Below, piece by piece: positions 56,952 to 64,000 of a stretch of 64,000 bases of DNA. The notes beneath the pieces are model-generated. The model made no database searches, was not told where the DNA came from, and saw only the letters and a program-made list of their open reading frames with translations. Made by a program: the position numbers and the translations under genes. The stretch lies in assembly GCA_964199315.1 (NCBI GenBank), contig OZ116703.1:31806001-31870000 (forward strand). Reading direction: 5' to 3'. Numbering within the stretch: position 1 is the first letter of the stretch; every line of letters begins with the position of its first letter. Source of the stretch: Orbicella franksi (taxonomy: Eukaryota).

Positions 56952-59900
56952 CGCAGCACATCTTCCATGTAACTGCGAAAATTTAAGTGTAGTATTTTGA
57001 TAACTGTTTCTCTGTTCTTGCTGTCGTTTTTGTTGTTGCTGATTAGTTTACCAGTAATCTCATTTCCTTGCTTTCAAGTAACATCTGTTTCAGTTGTTGA
57101 ATGAGACCTACAGTCTGTGAGTACATACCTTGCACTAATCAGTAATTTTACAAAAAAAAAATAGATTTTGCAATTCAGGTTACGTAGGTTACGAAATCTC
57201 ATTACAGTCCAGTAACGATTATCACACACATTGCATTAGGTTCAAGCTGTGATCATTGAGGTCTCAGTAACTCTCTTTAATTCTTCAGTGTAGAGGTGGT
57301 TTCACTGATCTAGCTTTTTCGACTGTGTCTGGGTTTAGCGAACTCTCCGGTTAACACTTTGAAAATTTTATATATTTGATATCTTAATCCTGTGTTCTAT
57401 CAGTGCTACTGTTTCATTTCGGTGTTATCTTTCATCACTTCAAAATACCAAGGCATTAGCAGACGTTATAATAACACGAAGCACTAATAAGTTGGACTTT
57501 GTTTCTCTCTACTTGCGAGAAATTTTTGACACCAGTTTTTCATTCCTTCTGCTGCCAATGTTGCGACTGAAATGTTTGTGACAAGTGTAACATAATTCCC
57601 AAAGAGGTCAAGAGGTTTATTAACAGGTTAATAACGTGCTTCTGAAACGTGAAATTTGGAGAATTTCGTTGGAGAATTCCGAACGTGTGAACTCAAACAA
57701 GTACGTAAGAGCAACGAGTTTTTTCCGCATTAGAGCAAAATGATCGAGTGGAAACGTTTGCAAGCTTGTTTCTAATTCAGTGGAACGTCTTTGGAACTAC
57801 AGATACATTTGCGTGTTTGCCGATACATATTTAAGAGAGGAACTACCTTGCATAGCAACTCGTTATCATAAAATCTTAATTAAAGAAGATTTGTGTGAAA
57901 AAAAAAAATAAAAAATAAAACCCCGAACTGAATTACAGCTAGAGTAAATCTGGTTTTGTTATTTCAGGAATATTGACCTCGCAACTCTTTCTAATTTTAC
58001 GAGCTTCTTTAGGGCATTCCCAGTTTTTTTTTTTAACGTTAAGCTTTAAAAAAACCAACAACTATTTATGATGAGGAATTGAAATTTTTGTTTCTGAGGT
58101 GGAGGGTTCTGAAGTCGCGCTCTCTGAAACGGATAATATCAAGGATTTTCTAAATTCTTTAAGAGTATTAACGGTTGATATCAATGATGTTAACCGATCA
58201 AGCATGCACTCAAAGAGAAACATTTTTGAACATTTTATCTGTTAATTTCAGCTTTGATTATAACCAGGGAATTCTACTCCTCAGGAAAATTTTTAGATAT
58301 TTGTCCTAAGAAGTGCATGTTATTATCGCAATTGTAGTACCGACGATATGGTGATAAAAAAAGTTAATTGTCGTGATATTCAACTTATTTCCCTGCTACA
58401 AGCGTGCAGAGAGTTACTCTCTCACGAGGATCACTGATTTTCGGCAGTTTGGAGTGGATACCCGCGGTATAAAACTCTTATGCAGTCGAAATTAAGCACG
58501 AAATTTCTAGAAAGTCCAGACTAGACAGAAAATTAACACCTAAAAAAAAATGGGTGCACCCCAAAATAGCCGCCCACAGCGCGACCTGTAGACTGCAAAC
58601 ATCGCAGCTACATACCAACCGCAGCCCAGGTAGCGCAATGATCGGAATACACAGCGATTGGCAGACGTTTTATGTCTTTTGAGGCTGTGTGTGTACTTGT
58701 GCGTTTGGTTCTTGTAAATCAGACAGATACCTTGTAACTCAATGGTGCTGAATTTATGCCTGGAAACCTAATCGTAATCGGTAATAGAGAGAAACAAATT
58801 TTAAAAAAATGCTTAACACTACTCACTTCTTGATTCTTACTGCAGCGCACGAATCATTTTAATTTCATCTACCTTCAACATCTATATAGAAGTGAATTAT
58901 TCTTTTCAAGAAAACTTCGGAGCTGATAGCTCTCTTGTTGCCAACTAGTTCAAGTTGTCTCCCTTCGTGGCCTATCGCAAACAAGTTATCAACTGGCTCA
59001 CAGGCAGGCTGCATTTGATATGGTGCTTTTAGCACCTACAACCAAACTTGTTTTAAATTATGGCCTTCATTTCTGATGAAAATATTAAAAAGCACCATAG
59101 GCATTTTCCTTGGGATGTTTACTAGTTTTACAAAGGAAACATCAGAAGACTTAGTTCTAATTATGGTGGATTTAATCCAGGGGTAAGAAGCCACCGGAAA
59201 TACACCCCCGTACTCTGATTCCCCCCGTGCCGGAAGTGCGTCACATGTCCCCGTTTCGAAGCACGTTTCGCTGTAAAGTTTGTAAACAACTTAAAAACAT
59301 TGGGGTCGCGATTTCCTTGCTCCAAAAATAGTGTGTACAAAAAATATATTAAACCACGGCAAATATGCAACTGAAATTTGGAAACAGCTTGGTACTAATT
59401 GTCACACAAGTGACTGATAAAAATGCTCTCGGTATCTCTTTTGGTGACCTTAGAAAAGTAGCACTTTTGATAAACAATCAAACAAAAATGCGGTTACGCA
59501 GTGATAACACACTCACAGGGACTGCGTTTAAAACAAACATAGGTCCCGGCTTAACCCTGACAGCGGTAAAGATATTTTGAGATATTTCGGTTCGTGGTCA
59601 CGTCGACTTGATATTTCATGACCACAGTTCTTCAAGCGTAGCTGAAAAGTTCACGCAGCGTTGGTCCTGGCGGTTGTTATCTATTTATTTAGTTGGAATA
59701 TTTTTTGGGCTTATAGCACTCCCTGGATTAGAACTGAGAGCAGATATATCGCTAGAGACCGCAACACCATGTGACGGAGTATAACATGACTTCAAGACTA
59801 GTATCGGACTGCAAGTGTGCGGTATTACATTTCGGAAGTAATGTCATTAGTGGTTACAAATGCGTCGGCCGCGAGCCCCTCGTTTATGCATGTGAGACAC

Positions 59901-61159
59901 AGCAAGCACGCGGCGATTCAATATAACATTCACGCTCATCGGTTTGTTTTCCAAATCTTACCCAATTCATTTTTCGTGATTTTAACCCGCGTTATCTCCT
60001 CACAATCTCCGTGTAATCCAATCAGTCAGTTATTATCGCTTGTTGCTGACTCTCATACTGTACCAGCTCGGCCTATCTTGATTTTGCCGCTGGAACGTGG
60101 AGATAATGGTGCGATGGCCTTTGGGTTATTTCGGGTGGATATATGTTTCCCGTCTAGTCTCGGTCTGACCCCGAAAGCATCTGCATTTGCTCTTAGCTCG
60201 AAATACTCGCGAATGTCGGAATAAAAAACGCAAATGAGGTTTGGCGAGGCGAAAAAGGAATTGCTCTCGACGACATGACGTGAAATTTTGCGATTTAGCT
60301 TATTCACCGTTCGTTTAGTCACTCGCTTGATTTTTGCTCTCTCCTTGACCCCATCTGGGGTTTATTAATCTTCACACATGCAACCGTTAATGGCGTTGAA
60401 AACGAGACTCTGGTTACGTCGGGTTTGGCGATCTTTCTGAAATACGTTGCCTTGTGAACTTGTAATTTAATTATGCCCTGCTAACAGGACCTATTTTCCA
60501 GAAAGATCGAAGTGACCTTGCTCGCAGGAGATCTGAATTATGGACGATTTTATCAAACGGTTCGTCTAATTATCAGCGCCCTTATCAAACACGCGCGCAC
60601 ACTTCTTCTACAAATTGATATCTCCCACGAGCGCTTACGACATTTGTTCCAGCTAAGATATTTGTCGCCCTTTCCTGTTATTTTCCTCTTTTGTTCTCTA
60701 CCCTTTCCCGAACGCAAATCCTTTTTTCCCAGCTCCTACGCTAAAATGTTGTCTCGAAAAAAGACTGTCGAAGTCGCATTTCATGATCTCAGACGGTACC
60801 AATGCAACTGTAAAAAAAAAATATCTCCCGTGGCTTAACTTGATACTGTTTAAGACTCGCCAAAGATCACACCACCGTGTCGTGCCAGTGGATGGCAAGC
60901 GTTTGATTTGAGACGGGAGAAGAGCGCGCCAGCTCTGTCAACAGTACGGCGCGAGATAATTATAGAGTGCGCGCACGGCATGTAGTTTATTTACTCTCAC
61001 GGAATTGCTGTAGCAGCGTTCGAGGCCTACGTATCCTGCGAAAAGGAAATGAGTTCCAATCAAAATTTTCCTCGCCTCCAGAAAGACAAAAAAAGATAAC
61101 AGAGTTGCTGAGGTTTTGAAAGTAACACTTCGACGCCCACGTGCTCTGAGATCCCTTGG

Positions 61160-61312
61160 CGATGGCCAATAACAGAGCTTAGTTAAGTGGTTTCAACACA
61201 CCTACATCCAGCGGGTGTTTATGTCCTTGACACGAGCCATCTGATTGGCTGCGGTTTTCGGCTCGACCAATCAGCGAGAGAGGTAACATAATATGTTGTC
61301 TCGCTTGATTGG
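61160..61312 (+). promoter_or_regulatory. SoxE proximal promoter with four CCAAT/ATTGG boxes
   Basis: CCAAT at 61166 and 61267; ATTGG at 61244 and 61308; 140-290 nt upstream of the likely ATG. Confidence 0.55.
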
Positions 61313-61450
61313 TCAGGATATTATTATATGTGTGTTTTGAATATCTATACGCCAATATACGAATTGGCACGAAGTTCGATTTTTCGGCTGGAGAATTCTC
61401 AGTCCTGGTTTGAAAGCGTTAGAAAACAACTGATTGCGGTGGTAGAGATC

Positions 61451-62662
61451 ATGACGGAACAAACGAACCCCGAAATTAAGAAGAACGAACCGGACATCGC
61501 TCAGGCGAAGAATATGGATTTAAGCAGCGCCATCGCAACTGCGGTAAATCATGTCTTAGATGGCTACGACTGGTCTTTAATTCCGCTGCCTGTTAGAGTG
61601 AACGGAGGCCATAAACACAAGCCACACGTTAAGAGACCTATGAATGCCTTTATGGTTTGGGCGCAGGCGGCGCGGAGAAAGCTGGCTGATCAGTACCCAC
61701 ATCTTCACAACGCTGAACTGAGCAAAACATTAGGAAAACTGTGGAAACTGCTGAATGATGCGGAGAAGAAGCCCTTCATCGAAGAAGCCGAGAGACTGCG
61801 GCTGAAACACAAGCGAGAGCACCCCGATTACAAATATCAACCGCGGAGAAAGAAGCAAAAAGGCAACGGCGGTCCCGATCAACCGGAGGCAACAATCTCA
61901 GCCGATGATCTGTTGAAAGTCCTGAAAGGCGATACACAGCTGGTGCCAAAATCTGGATGCCAAGAGGGCAACTGCGCGAGCCCAGAAAGCAGCTTAAGCG
62001 AAGAAGCTAGCAGCCCGGGCTCCAGCAGTTCAGCAACTTCGCCTCCAACTACCCCCACAGCCACGGTCAAGTTGGAAGGTGGACTGAAGTTCTCCGAGGC
62101 GAGCGTGTCAGAGTCTGACATCCCAGGTCCTCCATCCAGCTTTCCTGCCTGCCCAAAGAAAACAGAGCAGAACAGCGGCAACAGCGCGATCGACTTTCAC
62201 GTTGAAATGGGCGACCTGACCACAGATCTAATGGTGGACACGACGGAGTTCGATCAATATCTGCACTCGTATACTCAGCCGCTGCTGTCCACACCACCTT
62301 CAACGGCCTCGTCCGTCACGTTTTCCTCTCACGGCTTCACCCAAACACACGGAGCGAACAAGTTCTTGTCGAATAATAATTCCGTCTCATCCAGTTACAC
62401 GGAGTTTATGGAACAGCTACAAAAGCTTCCCTCGTCTTACCCTCCGAACCAAGTCGCTCCGTCAGCCCTGCAGCAGAGAAACCAGCCTGAAAACGGTGCC
62501 TTTCAATTCCCGTTCGGTGAGCCTGAAGTCAGTGGTAATACCTCACGGGCCTTCGCGATCTCCAATGTTCCTTCTATTGTTGTTCCTGCTTCAACACCAA
62601 CCACTACCGCACAGAACCCACAGTCACCTCCCTCTCGTCTGCACACACTCGTTTGGAAGTGA
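61451..62662 (+). CDS. SoxE: SoxE-group HMG-box transcription factor (Sox8/9/10-like), 403 aa, intronless
   Basis: SoxE dimerisation domain [22 protein letters not shown], SoxE HMG box [42 protein letters not shown]...YKYQPRRKK, and central IDF...EFDQYL motif. ATG 61451 preferred over in-frame 61328, which lies immediately after the CCAAT cluster. Confidence 0.97.
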   Translation: MTEQTNPEIKKNEPDIAQAKNMDLSSAIATAVNHVLDGYDWSLIPLPVRVNGGHKHKPHVKRPMNAFMVWAQAARRKLADQYPHLHNAELSKTLGKLWKLLNDAEKKPFIEEAERLRLKHKREHPDYKYQPRRKKQKGNGGPDQPEATISADDLLKVLKGDTQLVPKSGCQEGNCASPESSLSEEASSPGSSSSATSPPTTPTATVKLEGGLKFSEASVSESDIPGPPSSFPACPKKTEQNSGNSAIDFHVEMGDLTTDLMVDTTEFDQYLHSYTQPLLSTPPSTASSVTFSSHGFTQTHGANKFLSNNNSVSSSYTEFMEQLQKLPSSYPPNQVAPSALQQRNQPENGAFQFPFGEPEVSGNTSRAFAISNVPSIVVPASTPTTTAQNPQSPPSRLHTLVWK

Positions 62663-64000
62663 ACGATTTCAAGGATCAGGAACATTATTGACGAATTAGC
62701 TCCTATGGAGCGAGGATTTTAATTTAACTTGCTGCCATGGGCAGCTTTCAGCTAGGAGAACAAAATTTCGCATGGCTTCGATTACAGAAGCTATAAACAC
62801 GCTACCACACACGGTTTCTTGTTAGCGGAATCGAAGCGATGTGCCTCGCAACCCGATTTTACTAGAACACAGCTTATTGTAAAATTCACGGAACGATTCA
62901 TGCGCTTGAAACCGAATATTATTTTATTTGGAGCAGAATTTTACAGTTCTTGTTTTCCCTTTCCGCGAAAAGCCAAAAAAAATCTCTACATGCCAACTTT
63001 TGTGTCTGACACATCATCTGACAGGCGGTAGAAAAAGACCAGGTCGCAGTGTGTTATGTTGCAACAGAGCTACCAAGTTCTTAATTTATAGCGTTCCTCT
63101 ACATTAGAGTGCTTGCCAAATGAAACTTGATTTACGATTCTATCCTCATGTAAATAAGAGATCGATAGAGATGATAGCTTTTGTAAACGTCTTGCGGTAA
63201 TAATCAGAGAAAAAAAAAATAGTCATTCCTGTTGTGCCTTGGGCTGAAATCGCGTATTTGATGTTTCCATTTTTTGGCCAATAAAATTATTTTTTCACGA
63301 GATAATGTTAAGTGTGCTTGGTTTGTTCCTTCGGGCAGTGGGTTCCCTTTGGATTTACTGTCACACTTGGATGCCTCCCACTTCAACAATGGACCTACAA
63401 GGCAAATGTGTGTTTAAGAATTTATACAACAGTTCCAGTATCTCTGAGAATCAAACTAAAAGTAACTGGCAGTTCAGGGGGACCAAACCTAAACTTTTAG
63501 CCGGGAATCGAACGAAAAATCCCTGAGAAATTATGTAACTTGGGAACCAGATGAATCTGCAGTAACTACAAGTTGGCACATTAAATTGGCTTTTTGTACG
63601 TGCCTACAGTTAAATTTACATAACAGTGAATCAGGGTTATTTTTGACAAGTTTTTCTAAAGAATACAATGCATTAACAACGCTCTGACTAAAGTTTAAGC
63701 TGCGCATTTTGGCCGTTTTAGATCTTCACTCGTAGAAAATATCTTGGAACGGATATGAAGGCGAAAAGGTGACCTGGGCGTCATGGCCGGACATCAAGAT
63801 GTGTCAGTCTTGTGTTAAAATTTCTAAAGCAACGCGCGGTTCGTTTTATTTGCAAATGATTAGAGCACAACAGGGAATCAAAAACAAATGCATTGGTTTA
63901 TAGGTTTCTTGAGAGCAGTAGTGCTAAAAAGTGATCTTTGATTTTTTATGCAAAGGAGCGATGTGCAACTCAACACCGTGAAGGCGGAGTGAAATTTTTC

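Noticed and set aside
61328-61450. 41-aa N-terminal extension of SoxE from the upstream in-frame ATG
   Set aside because: The ATG lies 16 nt after the last CCAAT box, so probably upstream of or at the TSS, and the peptide has no SoxE similarity.
1646-62685. Most remaining ORF-track entries, including those antisense to Kir, SMCHD1 and SoxE exons
   Set aside because: They are shadows of real coding frames, repeat translations or short chance ORFs, with no recognisable motifs.

Overview
Eukaryotic, AT-rich, intron-containing DNA. The gene set and repeat families point to an anthozoan cnidarian, probably a stony coral (inference). From left to right the window holds: (1) two tandem inward-rectifier K+ channel (Kir) genes on the minus strand, one intronless and complete (4514-5920) and one whose first coding exon (1750-2196) splices out of the window; (2) a complete SMCHD1-like gene on the plus strand that I reconstructed by hand as 26 frame-consistent coding exons (15672-35891, 1966 aa; UBL-like N-terminus, GHKL ATPase, long linker, SMC hinge); (3) a non-coding, multi-intron snoRNA host gene invisible to the ORF track (about 40010-46425), carrying at least nine box C/D snoRNAs, apparently one per intron: U15, U52, U60, snR38/SNORD1, two SNORD12/snR190-like and three U14; (4) about 15 kb without a recognisable gene, followed by an intronless SoxE (Sox8/9/10 group) gene (61451-62662). 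MITEs, tRNA-derived SINEs, LINE and Penelope fragments and two hammerhead-like motifs fill the introns and spacers. The most notable observations are the snoRNA cluster joining U14 with SNORD12/snR190 (a pair co-transcribed in yeast), the Kir-SoxE linkage echoing vertebrate KCNJ2-SOX9, and a SMCHD1 with an intact ATPase but a remodelled hinge. All homology calls come from recalled reference sequences; no searches were run.
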